A stretch of 64,000 nt of DNA, from contig JAHQWH010000210.1 of the NCBI GenBank assembly GCA_029856105.1, positions 6,813 to 70,812 on the forward strand, read 5' to 3'. This DNA comes from Promethearchaeia archaeon (GTDB lineage: Archaea; Asgardarchaeota; Lokiarchaeia; Sigyniarchaeales; SOKP01). The notes below the pieces were generated by a model. It ran no database searches, was not told where the DNA came from, and saw nothing but the letters and a program-made list of their open reading frames with translations. Of the stretch, positions 8,566-17,662 are shown in pieces (positions within the stretch are counted from its first letter, which is position 1; every line of letters starts with the position of its first letter). Position numbers and translations under genes: made by a program.

Positions 8566-9765
8566 TTGTTGATTTCAATATTATTTTCTCCAATTAAAAT
8601 TGGAGATTTGGAACTTCAAAATAGATTTGTGCGATCCGCTACCTATGAAGCCATGGCTAAAGAAACAGGAGAAATAACCAACGATTTAATTACAATGTAT
8701 CAAAGATTGGCTAAAGCTGATATAGGCTTAATAATATCCGGTTATATGTTTATTCATCCCAAAGGAAAGGCAATGAAACTGCAAGTTGGAATTCATAACG
8801 ATGATATGATGCCCGGATTGAAAAATTTGGTCGATAATGTTCACTCTAATGGAGGGAAAATAGCATTTCAGATAGTTCATGCAGGGATGCAGTCTTATAA
8901 GGAAATATTAGGAATGCCTCCAAAAGGTCCTTCTGCTGGAATTAGAAGTCCAATAACACTTAAAAAATCAAAAGAAATGAATGAAGATGAAATAAATGAA
9001 TCAATCCAAGCTTTTCCCAACGCAGTTGAAAGAGCAATACAAGTTGGGGTTGATGTAATTCAACTTCATGCTGCTCATGGGTATTTAATAAATCAATTTC
9101 TATCTCCTTATTTCAATAGGAGAACAGATAAATGGGGTGGCTCTGATGAAAATAATTTTAGGTTTTTTAAAGAAGTAATAATAAAAACTAAAAAAACATT
9201 GCCAAAAGAAATTCCACTCATAGTAAAACTAAATGTAAATGATTTTAAAGAGGAAGGAATAACACCAGCACTCGCAATTAAATATACAAAATGGCTTGTT
9301 GAGTTGGGAATTGATGGATTGGAAATCAGTTGCGGTTCGCCTCATTATGCTACATATAATATGTGTCGTGGAAGAGTTCCCCTTGAAGAATATCTCCAGT
9401 TTCTACCAAGTTGGCAGAAACCTTTAGCTAAATTAATGTTTAAGAAAATGATCGGAAAATTTGGATTTGATAAACCATATAATGTTGATGCCGCAAAAGC
9501 TATCAAAACAGCGCTTAATAGTACTCCACTCATGGTTGTTGGAGGCATACGAACATTAAAAGAAATGGAAAATATTTTGGATAATAATTATGCAGACATG
9601 ATTTCTATGTCTCGACCATTTATTAAAGAACCGTTCCTGGTAAAAAATCTAAGAGAAGGAAAGATAAATAAAACTAGTTGTGAATCTTGTAATCGCTGCT
9701 TAGCTGCTGTAGCATGTCATATTCCCGTTAAGTGTTATGTAAATTCATTTCCTAATAAAAAGTAA
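8566..9765 (+). CDS. NADH:flavin oxidoreductase, Old Yellow Enzyme family
   Basis: N-terminal PIKIGDLELQNRFVRSA, the active-site region LHAAHGYLINQFLSP, and SMSRPFI near the C-terminus. Cys-rich tail CESCNRCLAAVAC. Confidence 0.85.
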   Translation: MLISILFSPIKIGDLELQNRFVRSATYEAMAKETGEITNDLITMYQRLAKADIGLIISGYMFIHPKGKAMKLQVGIHNDDMMPGLKNLVDNVHSNGGKIAFQIVHAGMQSYKEILGMPPKGPSAGIRSPITLKKSKEMNEDEINESIQAFPNAVERAIQVGVDVIQLHAAHGYLINQFLSPYFNRRTDKWGGSDENNFRFFKEVIIKTKKTLPKEIPLIVKLNVNDFKEEGITPALAIKYTKWLVELGIDGLEISCGSPHYATYNMCRGRVPLEEYLQFLPSWQKPLAKLMFKKMIGKFGFDKPYNVDAAKAIKTALNSTPLMVVGGIRTLKEMENILDNNYADMISMSRPFIKEPFLVKNLREGKINKTSCESCNRCLAAVACHIPVKCYVNSFPNKK

Positions 9766-9868
9766 TGATATAGATAAATAGCTTTTATTGAATATAGAAA
9801 GAGAACTGGTATGTTAATTACAAAAGTTAAATGTTAGTCAAAAAAGTAATTTGATGGAAAAGATCTCT

Positions 9869-10330
9869 TTAAATAGGCAACCATTCGTCGCGATTGGTCG
9901 TCTTTATCGGCTTTAAAACCACACAAATTCTTTCTACGCTTTTTACATCGTTACGCCCTCGAAAATTTTCAACAAGCGCATCTAATTCGCTAATCTCTGG
10001 AACGTTAACCTTTATTAAAACGCCACATTGGCCTGCGAGAAAATAAACCTCCTCGCATTGAGGGATAATCTGCGTTTCTCTTATCAATTCTTTAATTTCC
10101 GATTCGTTATTGGGAATTACCGTTAGGAAAGCAATTATACATCTCTCGTCATCTCTACATATTCGAATCGTAAATTTTTCGATAACTTTTTCGTCTTGTA
10201 ATTTAATAACGCGTTTTCTTACCGTTGATTCGGATAAGTCAACCTCTTCGGCAATTTCTCGATAAGGACGCCGTGAATCTTCGATAAGCATTTCTAAAAT
10301 ACGTTTGTCTTTCTCATCTAGGTTTTTCAT
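9869..10330 (-). CDS. Lrp/AsnC family transcriptional regulator
   Basis: N-terminal HTH (LDEKDKRILEMLIEDSRRPYREIAEEVDLSESTVRKRV) plus a C-terminal RAM-like domain. Lies 95 nt downstream of metF on the same strand. Confidence 0.85.
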   Translation of the reverse strand: MKNLDEKDKRILEMLIEDSRRPYREIAEEVDLSESTVRKRVIKLQDEKVIEKFTIRICRDDERCIIAFLTVIPNNESEIKELIRETQIIPQCEEVYFLAGQCGVLIKVNVPEISELDALVENFRGRNDVKSVERICVVLKPIKTTNRDEWLPI

Positions 10331-10425
10331 TTCTATTCTTTCCTATTATTTTTTTTTGTTTACAAAGTATAAAAAAATTTTTAATTAAAATTTTAAAAAA
10401 ATTATATTATTAGTTTTACTTTGAA

Positions 10426-11379
10426 TTATTTTACGTATTCTGGGTATTCTCCGAGCAAAGGTGCGAAAAGTCTTTCGTACTCAACTGCCATACAATGAAT
10501 ACCTGCTGCTTTAGTAGTTTTCTTGATCTCTGCAATAAAAGGCTTGAAAAATTCGATGTTTATCTTGTCAATAGCTGCATATTTACCAGGCTTATTTCCT
10601 TTATTATCCTTTTCTGCTTTTTTAAGAGCTTTCAAAAGATCTTTTGGAACGCTAACTCCAGGAATATAGTTATCAAAGTACCAAGCTATTCCGTGACTTT
10701 TTAATGGAAAGAGTCCAAGAAGCACTGGAACATTGTATTGTTCTAGATCTTTTAGAAAATCTTTTGCGTCGTCAATATCAAACGCTGTTTGCGTTTGGAT
10801 AAAATCAACACCACGACCAACCTTACGACCAACCTTCAGGATTTCAGGTTCGCGAGGGTTACTGTTAGGGTTAGCTACGCAACCAAAATTCATTTCTATT
10901 TTGCCTCCTATTAACTCGTTTCCCTCGTAGTCAGTTCCTTCGTCAATCATAATAGAAAGCATTTCACAGAACTGTGTGCTATCAATGTCGTAAACTGGGC
11001 GGCCTTTTTTGTGATCTCCAAGAGCCGTATGATCCCCTGTGAGAGTGAGAATGTTTTTTAGCCCCAAAATTGCTCCAGATATTACATCCCCAAAGAGTGC
11101 GACTCGATTTCGATCCCTAACTGTGACTTGCCATACTGCTTCAATTCCCGCTTCTTCTTGGACTTTAAAGCTTGGAACCAATGACGACATATAAGCATCG
11201 CCTTGTGGACCGTCCGTTACGTTTGCTGCTACGATTCTTTTAGTTTTTTTCATTTCCTTTGCGGAATGGATAATCTCACTAAGATCCAGAATTTTCTTTG
11301 GCTCTAGCTCACCAGTGAAAACAAAATGACCCGCTTCGATCGCTTTGCATAATTGACTATACGCCTTTCTTTTTGCCAT
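10426..11379 (-). CDS. metF: Methylenetetrahydrofolate reductase (MetF-like)
   Basis: 317 aa. TIM-barrel MTHFR-like sequence (FVFTGELEP, VTVRDRNRVALFGDV, TLTGDH). The start codon directly abuts the stop of the upstream MetV-like gene. Confidence 0.8.
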   Translation of the reverse strand: MAKRKAYSQLCKAIEAGHFVFTGELEPKKILDLSEIIHSAKEMKKTKRIVAANVTDGPQGDAYMSSLVPSFKVQEEAGIEAVWQVTVRDRNRVALFGDVISGAILGLKNILTLTGDHTALGDHKKGRPVYDIDSTQFCEMLSIMIDEGTDYEGNELIGGKIEMNFGCVANPNSNPREPEILKVGRKVGRGVDFIQTQTAFDIDDAKDFLKDLEQYNVPVLLGLFPLKSHGIAWYFDNYIPGVSVPKDLLKALKKAEKDNKGNKPGKYAAIDKINIEFFKPFIAEIKKTTKAAGIHCMAVEYERLFAPLLGEYPEYVK

Positions 11380-12084
11380 TTAATTTTCCACCTCATTTTT
11401 TTCTTCTTCGTTAGTATATTCCTTATTGATAACTAAGTATCCAGGACTGGTAGACGTGCGAAAGTCCCTTGGAGGTCTGTACTTTTTAAAGAGATCAAGT
11501 CTATTAAATTCTTTTAACCTTTCCCAAATGCGCACCCAAGCGCAAGGAATCGTGTAACCGCCTACTTCACACATTCCGTCGACCATTCCTCCACAGGGTC
11601 CGTTACTTAAATGTTTAGCACATCCAGCCCGTGGACATAATCCCCCCGTCTCTCCAATTATACAATCTCCGCACTCTTCACAGTATTCAATGAAATTATT
11701 CTCACCGCTGTTTTGTACGCCTCCAAACATGCTATTTTGGGCGGGGAAAGTTAACTTACTGGGAAGTACTTTATTCAGCATTACGACACCAAGGCCACAA
11801 GCAAGAGAAACTATAGCTTCGTAGTCGTCGATGTAAGGTCGCACTGTTGTTGCTGCGATTCTATCGTCACATTGTCTTAATACCGTTATTGCTTTCCATA
11901 TTAACTCCTTACCTTCAGTTCGGGCTTTTAATTCTAAAAGTTGTCCAAGAACTTTTGCTTCATTTATGGATCGAGGAGGTTGACAGCAACCATCGCATCC
12001 AGCTATTAATATCTTGTTATAGCTCTTAACCATTTCATAAATTTCGTTTATGTCTTTTAGTTGTGTAATTATCATATCATACAC
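11380..12084 (-). CDS. metV: MetV-like protein (methylene-THF reductase C-terminal Cys-rich domain family)
   Basis: ACGLGV ... CEECGDCIIGETGGLCP..GCAK..NGPCGGMVDGMCEV motif series. Position is immediately upstream of metF, as in acetogen metVF. Confidence 0.75.
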   Translation of the reverse strand: MYDMIITQLKDINEIYEMVKSYNKILIAGCDGCCQPPRSINEAKVLGQLLELKARTEGKELIWKAITVLRQCDDRIAATTVRPYIDDYEAIVSLACGLGVVMLNKVLPSKLTFPAQNSMFGGVQNSGENNFIEYCEECGDCIIGETGGLCPRAGCAKHLSNGPCGGMVDGMCEVGGYTIPCAWVRIWERLKEFNRLDLFKKYRPPRDFRTSTSPGYLVINKEYTNEEEKNEVEN

Positions 12085-12158
12085 GCTTTTTTATTATTGT
12101 TTTTTCAGATTTTATTAGATTTTTATTATTTTGTTTAAATCGTAAAAAAATTTTAGTA

Positions 12159-13043
12159 TTATATTTTTAATTTTTCCATTAATTTCGTTGGTTTTACGCT
12201 TCGTTGTTTCAAAGATAGCTTTGCTGTATCGACTCCAAAAGCGATTGCCATTAATTCTGCTAGATATAGAACTGGAATATCGAGTTCTTTCTCACTTTTT
12301 CTGGAGACTAATTTTTCTTTTCTGTCATATTGACTAGCACAAGCGGGACAAACAGCAACCATTCCATCTACTTCTTTGTCGAGATTTTTTAAGTCTGTCA
12401 TTTTTTCTTCGACTAAGTTCATTCCTATCTCGTCTTGTAATCTAGCGCAGAACCCACAGCATTCGAGTTTAGCTGCAAATTCTAGGGGCGAAGCTCCTAT
12501 AGCTTTTAGTATTTTATCCATGCTTTCAGGCCGTTCGGGATGATCAAATTGCATTATTTTTGAAGGTCTTATAAGATGACAACCATAATGTGAAGCAATA
12601 TTTAAACTATCTAACGGTTTAACAACTTTGCTTTTAATCTTCTCAAGCATCTCATCTTGGCTAAACAATTCTGCGAAATGAAAAACTTTTGAAGTCCCCT
12701 TATATTCGATTCCAAGCTTGCTTAGAACAGTATTAACTCTATCAAATGCTGCCTTATCTTCTTCTAATAAAACATGGACTGTTTTTAAGGTCTCAAAACA
12801 TCCAGAACATACGGTCATGATGTCTAATCCAAGTTTTTCGGCAATAGCTAGATTTCTCGCTCCTAATGTTAACCAAGTATCAATATTGAGCGATTGAGTT
12901 GCTACAGGATCGGGACAACAACCCGCTCCCTCCATTTCCTTATACTCTATTCCTAAGATTTTAGAGATTTCTCGAAAGGCTTTTTCAAAGTGTGGCATTT
13001 TCAAAGGGATTGTACACCCTAAATACAACGCATATTCCATCAT
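12159..13043 (-). CDS. hdrB: Heterodisulfide reductase subunit B-like (two CCG-type Cys-rich domains)
   Basis: Two Cys clusters: GAGCCPDP...VCSGCFE and LECCGFCA...VCPACAS. Its start overlaps the hdrC stop by 4 nt (ATGA). Confidence 0.85.
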   Translation of the reverse strand: MMEYALYLGCTIPLKMPHFEKAFREISKILGIEYKEMEGAGCCPDPVATQSLNIDTWLTLGARNLAIAEKLGLDIMTVCSGCFETLKTVHVLLEEDKAAFDRVNTVLSKLGIEYKGTSKVFHFAELFSQDEMLEKIKSKVVKPLDSLNIASHYGCHLIRPSKIMQFDHPERPESMDKILKAIGASPLEFAAKLECCGFCARLQDEIGMNLVEEKMTDLKNLDKEVDGMVAVCPACASQYDRKEKLVSRKSEKELDIPVLYLAELMAIAFGVDTAKLSLKQRSVKPTKLMEKLKI

Positions 13044-13576
13044 TTTTCATCCTCCTCTGATTTTTTTATTAAGTTTCCTAGTCCAGTCTCCCTAATTATG
13101 AATTGAATCTCATCTAAGTTAGGACCTACGATTTGTGGTAAATCCATCTTGTTTCTTCTTCTGTCTATAGTAGTTTTCATTCCGCCCGTATAAGGTACTA
13201 CAAATCCATTATTATAAATCGTATTTATCGTAGCAGAATATTCTATTGGCACGTTTCCTTCTTTCACTGCCAAATTTCTTAAAAGCGCTAAGATAAACGA
13301 ATAATCTACATTCTTTGGACATCTTTCTGTGCACCGATGACATAGTGAGCATGTCCATATAGCGTTGCTCGATAAAACTTCTTCTCTCAATCCTAGAAGG
13401 CATGAAGCAACAACTCTATGAGGTTGTAAATCGACGTATTCCGTTACTGTGCAACCAGAGCTACATACTCCGCATTGAATACACTTTAATAAAGATTTTG
13501 TCCCCACTTTTTCGCTAATTTCGTACCTAAAATTGTGATCTAAATCTTTAGATTGTTTTACAACTTTATCAGACAT
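13040..13576 (-). CDS. hdrC: Heterodisulfide reductase subunit C-like (2x[4Fe-4S] ferredoxin fold)
   Basis: CIQCGVCSSGC and CSLCHRCTERCP motifs. Located 3 nt downstream of the hdrA stop. Confidence 0.8.
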   Translation of the reverse strand: MSDKVVKQSKDLDHNFRYEISEKVGTKSLLKCIQCGVCSSGCTVTEYVDLQPHRVVASCLLGLREEVLSSNAIWTCSLCHRCTERCPKNVDYSFILALLRNLAVKEGNVPIEYSATINTIYNNGFVVPYTGGMKTTIDRRRNKMDLPQIVGPNLDEIQFIIRETGLGNLIKKSEEDEK

Positions 13577-13579
13577 CTT

Positions 13580-16500
13580 TTAAGCACCCTCCTTAGCTTT
13601 TTCTTTTTTTTCAATTTTATCACCTGTTTTACTAAGTGGTCCAAATGCTTTCACTTCATTAACAAAATCGGTAATAACTTGAGAGAAACGTTTACCTTCG
13701 CTAGCTGATACCCATTCAAGTCGGTAACGTTCGGGATTAATTCCTACACTTTCTAAAGTTTCTTGAATCTCATTGTAACGCCTTAACATGTCGTAATTGC
13801 CTTCTATATAGTGACAATCTCCAATGTGGCATCCACCAACAATCACTCCGTCAGCACCTTCCAAAAATGCTTGTAATATGAAACTTTTTGGAATTCTTCC
13901 AGTACACATAACTCTAATAGGCCTAATATTAGGAGGGTATTGAAATCTACTTACACCACAAGTATCTGCTCCCGCATAGCTACACCAATTGCATAAGAAA
14001 GCTACAATCCTAGGTCTTTCGTCTATAAAGTCTCCTTTAACTGCTTCTGTAATCATTGGGTATATTTGATCATCGGCAAAATGTTGCATAGTAATAGCCC
14101 CTGCAGGGCACGCTGCCGAACAATCTCCACACCCTTTACACAATAAAGGGTTAGACTCTGAAACCAAAACTTCGTTATCGAAATTGACTCCAATAGCTCC
14201 GAAGTTACATACCTCCTCGCATTTTTGACATGCTATACATAATGCCGGGTTAACAACTGAAACCAGGGGTTCGTTTTCTACTTCTCCAGAAATCAACGGG
14301 ATTAGCGCGTGAGCAGCAGCAGCTCTTCCTTGAGATATTGAATCAGCAATACCTTTTGGTCCGTGAGCAGTCCCAGCTAAATAAATTCCATCAGTCGCAA
14401 AATCAACGGGTCTTAATTTTATGTGAGCTTCTAAAAAGAACCCTTTTTGGTCTCTGGCGCACTTTATGAATTCTCCAAGTTTTTTAGTATCATGAGGTAT
14501 TAAAGGTGTTGACAAGACTACCTTGTCGGCTTCGATGTTAAGATTTATTTGAGTTAAAATATCGTTAACATTGACATTAATTTTTCCATTGACAAGATCA
14601 ACTTCGGGGTAATCGTTGAATCGAATGTAGTTGATATTTTCACGAGCTTTCCAGTAAAATTGTTCTTCATCAGTTCCTACGCGTATATCTCTATAGAGAA
14701 CGTAAATTTGCGAATTAGGGTAATTTTCTTTTACATATAAAGCGTGTCTTATAGATTCAGAACAACATATTAAGGAACAGTATGTAACTCCATTACCGCC
14801 CTCAGGTTGTCGCGAAGCAACGCAGTGAATAAAGACGAAAGTCTCGCCATCCTTTAGTTCATCGTCTCTTAACTTTTGAGATAGTTCTAGTTGAGTCATT
14901 ATTCTCTCGTCTTCCCCGTAATGGTACCAACCTTTTGGTTTATATTCGTAAGCGCCAGTAGCCGCGATTATAACTCCTACGTTTAAATCTATGGTTTTCT
15001 CATCAGTTAAATTTTTAACTTTGATGTTAAAATCTCCTATTGAACCCTTAACCTCTACAACTTCGGAATTTAAGTAAGCCGTGAGATTTTTTAACCCGTT
15101 AAATTCTTTAAGTTTCTCTTCTAAAAACTGTTTTGAGTCAATTCTATCGAAATTAAGCTTATATATAAGGTTTAATTGCCCACCTAATTTGTCGTCTTTC
15201 TCTATAAGGTGTACTTTGAAGCCTTTTTTGGCAATTTCCATAGCAGCAGACATTCCAGCGATACCCCCGCCGATTATTAACGCCTCTGGGACAACATCTC
15301 CCTTAATTCTAATTTCTGATTTTTGAAATCGTACACGCGCTACGCCCATTCTTATTAGATCTTTTGCTTTATCTGTCGCCTTTTCATATTCCTTCATATG
15401 AACCCAAGAATCTAATTCTCGAATACTTACGAAATTAAATAAATATTCGTTTAGTCCTGCTTCTCGAATAGTTTTTTGAAATAATGGTTCGTGAGTTCTT
15501 GGTGTGCACGCAGCAACTATTACCCGGTTTAAGTCTAATTCCACAATCTTTTCCTTAATAATGTCTTGTGTGAGACTTGAACAACTATATTTATTGTCCA
15601 TCGAGAAAACTACATTTGGAAGCGTTTTGGAATACTCAACAAGCGCCGGAACATCCATATACCCCCCTATATTAACCCCACACATACAAACAAATACTCC
15701 TATTCTTGGTTCGTCTCTGGGATTTACTACTTTTAAGGGAGGTAAAACAACCTCTAATTCTTCAGGACTTAAAGGAACGGCATGTAAAGCGCCTAACGCC
15801 GCTGCCCCTCCAGCTTTTGCTACCGAATTAGCTATGTCGTCAGGGGATTGGCAAGAACCGCTTACATAAATCCCATCCCGAGTAGATCGTAGATCTTCGG
15901 TTGAATTTTTTGTTTTAAAAAACCCTAATTCGTTTGTTTCAATCCCCAACATTTCGGCAAGCTTTTCGGTTCCCTTACGGGGGATCACTGCGTTTGCCAA
16001 TACAACCAAATCAAATTCACTAGTTTCAACGTCTCCCGTATCTAGGTTCGCGTGTTTTACAAAAAGGTTATGATTCTCGGGATTTTCTCGAATATCACCG
16101 GGAATGCCGCGAAAATAAATTAATTTGTATTCATCTTTTGCTCTTTCAATGAATTCTTCTTGGTTTTTTCCGATTACACGAGTATCGTTGAAAAAGATCG
16201 TAACATTTGTGTCTGGAGCGTGTTCTCGAGTGACTACCCCTTCTTTGGCCATATACATGCAACAGAATTTCGAACAATAAGCACATAGATCCTCATTTCG
16301 AGAACCAACGCACCCAATAAAACCAATTTCGATAGCATGTTTTTTATCTGAAGGTCTAAGCAATTGTCCTTCAGTAGGACCAGACGCGCTTAATAAACGT
16401 TCATATTGCATTGCTGTAATAACATTAGGATATTCTCCGTAATGATATCTATCTATTGGTGTTGGATCTAATAAGTCTATTCCTGTAGCAACAATAATTG

Positions 16501-17065
16501 ATGCCACATCATACTCAACTATTTCGTCTTTCATATCCCAATTAATAGCTTCAGCTTCACACTCTTTTTCGCATATTTGGCACGCATTTTTCGTTAGATA
16601 TAGACATTTTTCAGCATCAATGACTGCCTTTCTTGGCACGGCTTGTGGAAAAGGTATATATATTGCTGTGCGGTTTCCCATTTCTTCTTCGAACTCACTC
16701 GGAATCTTTTTCATGGGACACTTTTCCATGCAAGCGCCACAACCTGTACATTTATCCCAATCAACATATGTTGATTTTTTTAATACTTTTACTTTAAAAT
16801 TACCTGCTTCGCCAGATACTTCTTGAACTTCCGAATACATGAGAAGTTCTATGTTAGGATGTCTAGCTACTTCCACCATTTTTGGTGCTAAAATACAAAT
16901 CGAACAATCTAAGGTTGGAAATGTTTTATCAAGTTGAGCCATACGTCCACCGACCGAGGATGTTTTTTCGACTAGAATTACCTTATAACCTTGTTCACCC
17001 AAAGTAAGGCTGGCTTCAATTCCCGAAATTCCTGCTCCTATTACCATTATATTACTATTTGGCAT
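13580..17065 (-). CDS. hdrA: Tandem HdrA-like/HdrA-like/MvhD fusion flavoprotein (1161 aa)
   Basis: Two FAD dinucleotide-binding motifs (VIGAGISGIEAS and IIGGGIAGMSAA). Two HdrA-type Cys motifs (CVGSRNEDLCAYCSKFCC and CVASRQPEGGNGVTYCSLICC). Ferredoxin CxxCxxC motifs. The C-terminal 145 aa are MvhD-like (RIVAFLCNWCSYAGAD...GGCHIGDCHY). Confidence 0.85.
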   Translation of the reverse strand: MPNSNIMVIGAGISGIEASLTLGEQGYKVILVEKTSSVGGRMAQLDKTFPTLDCSICILAPKMVEVARHPNIELLMYSEVQEVSGEAGNFKVKVLKKSTYVDWDKCTGCGACMEKCPMKKIPSEFEEEMGNRTAIYIPFPQAVPRKAVIDAEKCLYLTKNACQICEKECEAEAINWDMKDEIVEYDVASIIVATGIDLLDPTPIDRYHYGEYPNVITAMQYERLLSASGPTEGQLLRPSDKKHAIEIGFIGCVGSRNEDLCAYCSKFCCMYMAKEGVVTREHAPDTNVTIFFNDTRVIGKNQEEFIERAKDEYKLIYFRGIPGDIRENPENHNLFVKHANLDTGDVETSEFDLVVLANAVIPRKGTEKLAEMLGIETNELGFFKTKNSTEDLRSTRDGIYVSGSCQSPDDIANSVAKAGGAAALGALHAVPLSPEELEVVLPPLKVVNPRDEPRIGVFVCMCGVNIGGYMDVPALVEYSKTLPNVVFSMDNKYSCSSLTQDIIKEKIVELDLNRVIVAACTPRTHEPLFQKTIREAGLNEYLFNFVSIRELDSWVHMKEYEKATDKAKDLIRMGVARVRFQKSEIRIKGDVVPEALIIGGGIAGMSAAMEIAKKGFKVHLIEKDDKLGGQLNLIYKLNFDRIDSKQFLEEKLKEFNGLKNLTAYLNSEVVEVKGSIGDFNIKVKNLTDEKTIDLNVGVIIAATGAYEYKPKGWYHYGEDERIMTQLELSQKLRDDELKDGETFVFIHCVASRQPEGGNGVTYCSLICCSESIRHALYVKENYPNSQIYVLYRDIRVGTDEEQFYWKARENINYIRFNDYPEVDLVNGKINVNVNDILTQINLNIEADKVVLSTPLIPHDTKKLGEFIKCARDQKGFFLEAHIKLRPVDFATDGIYLAGTAHGPKGIADSISQGRAAAAHALIPLISGEVENEPLVSVVNPALCIACQKCEEVCNFGAIGVNFDNEVLVSESNPLLCKGCGDCSAACPAGAITMQHFADDQIYPMITEAVKGDFIDERPRIVAFLCNWCSYAGADTCGVSRFQYPPNIRPIRVMCTGRIPKSFILQAFLEGADGVIVGGCHIGDCHYIEGNYDMLRRYNEIQETLESVGINPERYRLEWVSASEGKRFSQVITDFVNEVKAFGPLSKTGDKIEKKEKAKEGA

Positions 17066-17662
17066 AATTATTTCTTCAGTTTTTGTTTTTTTTTTAATAT
17101 TTTTTATTAATTTTCGTTGCTTATCTTAAATTAATTGTCCTTTTTGAAAATAATTGTTTATATTATAAACTTATATTTTTATAATTTACTTAATAGGTTA
17201 AAAGTATATATAAATATTTCTCTATTTGACGAAAAAGAAAAGTTTTATGTTGAAAATTTATAAAAAAAAAGTTTCTTTGATCAAAATTATGATTTTATTA
17301 TTCTTATTTTAATAAATTTTTGCTCAAAAAGTGTCAATTTGGCAATAGAGCATTTCTTCTCTAAGTAGATTGATGACATTTTCGTTAATTTTACGATTTT
17401 TAAGATTTCAGATATCTAAATAGTTAAAAATAACGATAAATAATAACAAGTAGATAGTGCTTATCAAAATGTTATAAAAATTAATAGAAGATTGTAGAAA
17501 TCGATTTAATTTTTTCTAAAAATATAAAGTCATATTATATAGATATTAATCAATATAATAAAATAAAACAAGTTAATAATCAAATAATAAACAATTAATA
17601 CAATAAGAATCCGACGAAAGCTTTATTGATACTTGTGGGATTCTAAAAACGTACTGAAAATC

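Noticed and set aside
15081-15869. Plus-strand ORFs inside hdrA (15081..15326, 15504..15869). The same applies to the other antisense ORFs within well-supported genes:
- 2085..2396
- 5569..5772
- 9345..9548
- 10495..10930
- 11847..12029
- 13212..13403
- 16620..16826
- 18813..19022
- 19818..20024
- 20979..21170
- 21744..22103
- 29265..29571
- 30359..30687
- 33106..33351
- 33943..34125
- 35739..35930
- 36689..36991
- 38526..38933
- 43681..44151
- 45484..45672
- 48550..48738
- 49156..49692
- 50050..50301
- 53532..53714
- 54028..54297
- 57542..57763
- 58353..58761
- 59773..60579
- 62819..63241
   Set aside because: Each lies wholly or mostly inside an opposite-strand or alternate-frame gene that has strong family motifs. 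Their translations are low-complexity or Ser/Leu/Ile/Phe-rich with no motifs. They are treated as shadow ORFs.
17066-17632. 567-bp gap upstream of hdrA and the GTPase gene, examined for ncRNA, replication-origin-like repeats or small ORFs.
   Set aside because: I could find only unstructured AT-rich sequence, with no repeated ORB-like elements, stable hairpins or ORFs. It is most likely two divergent promoter regions.
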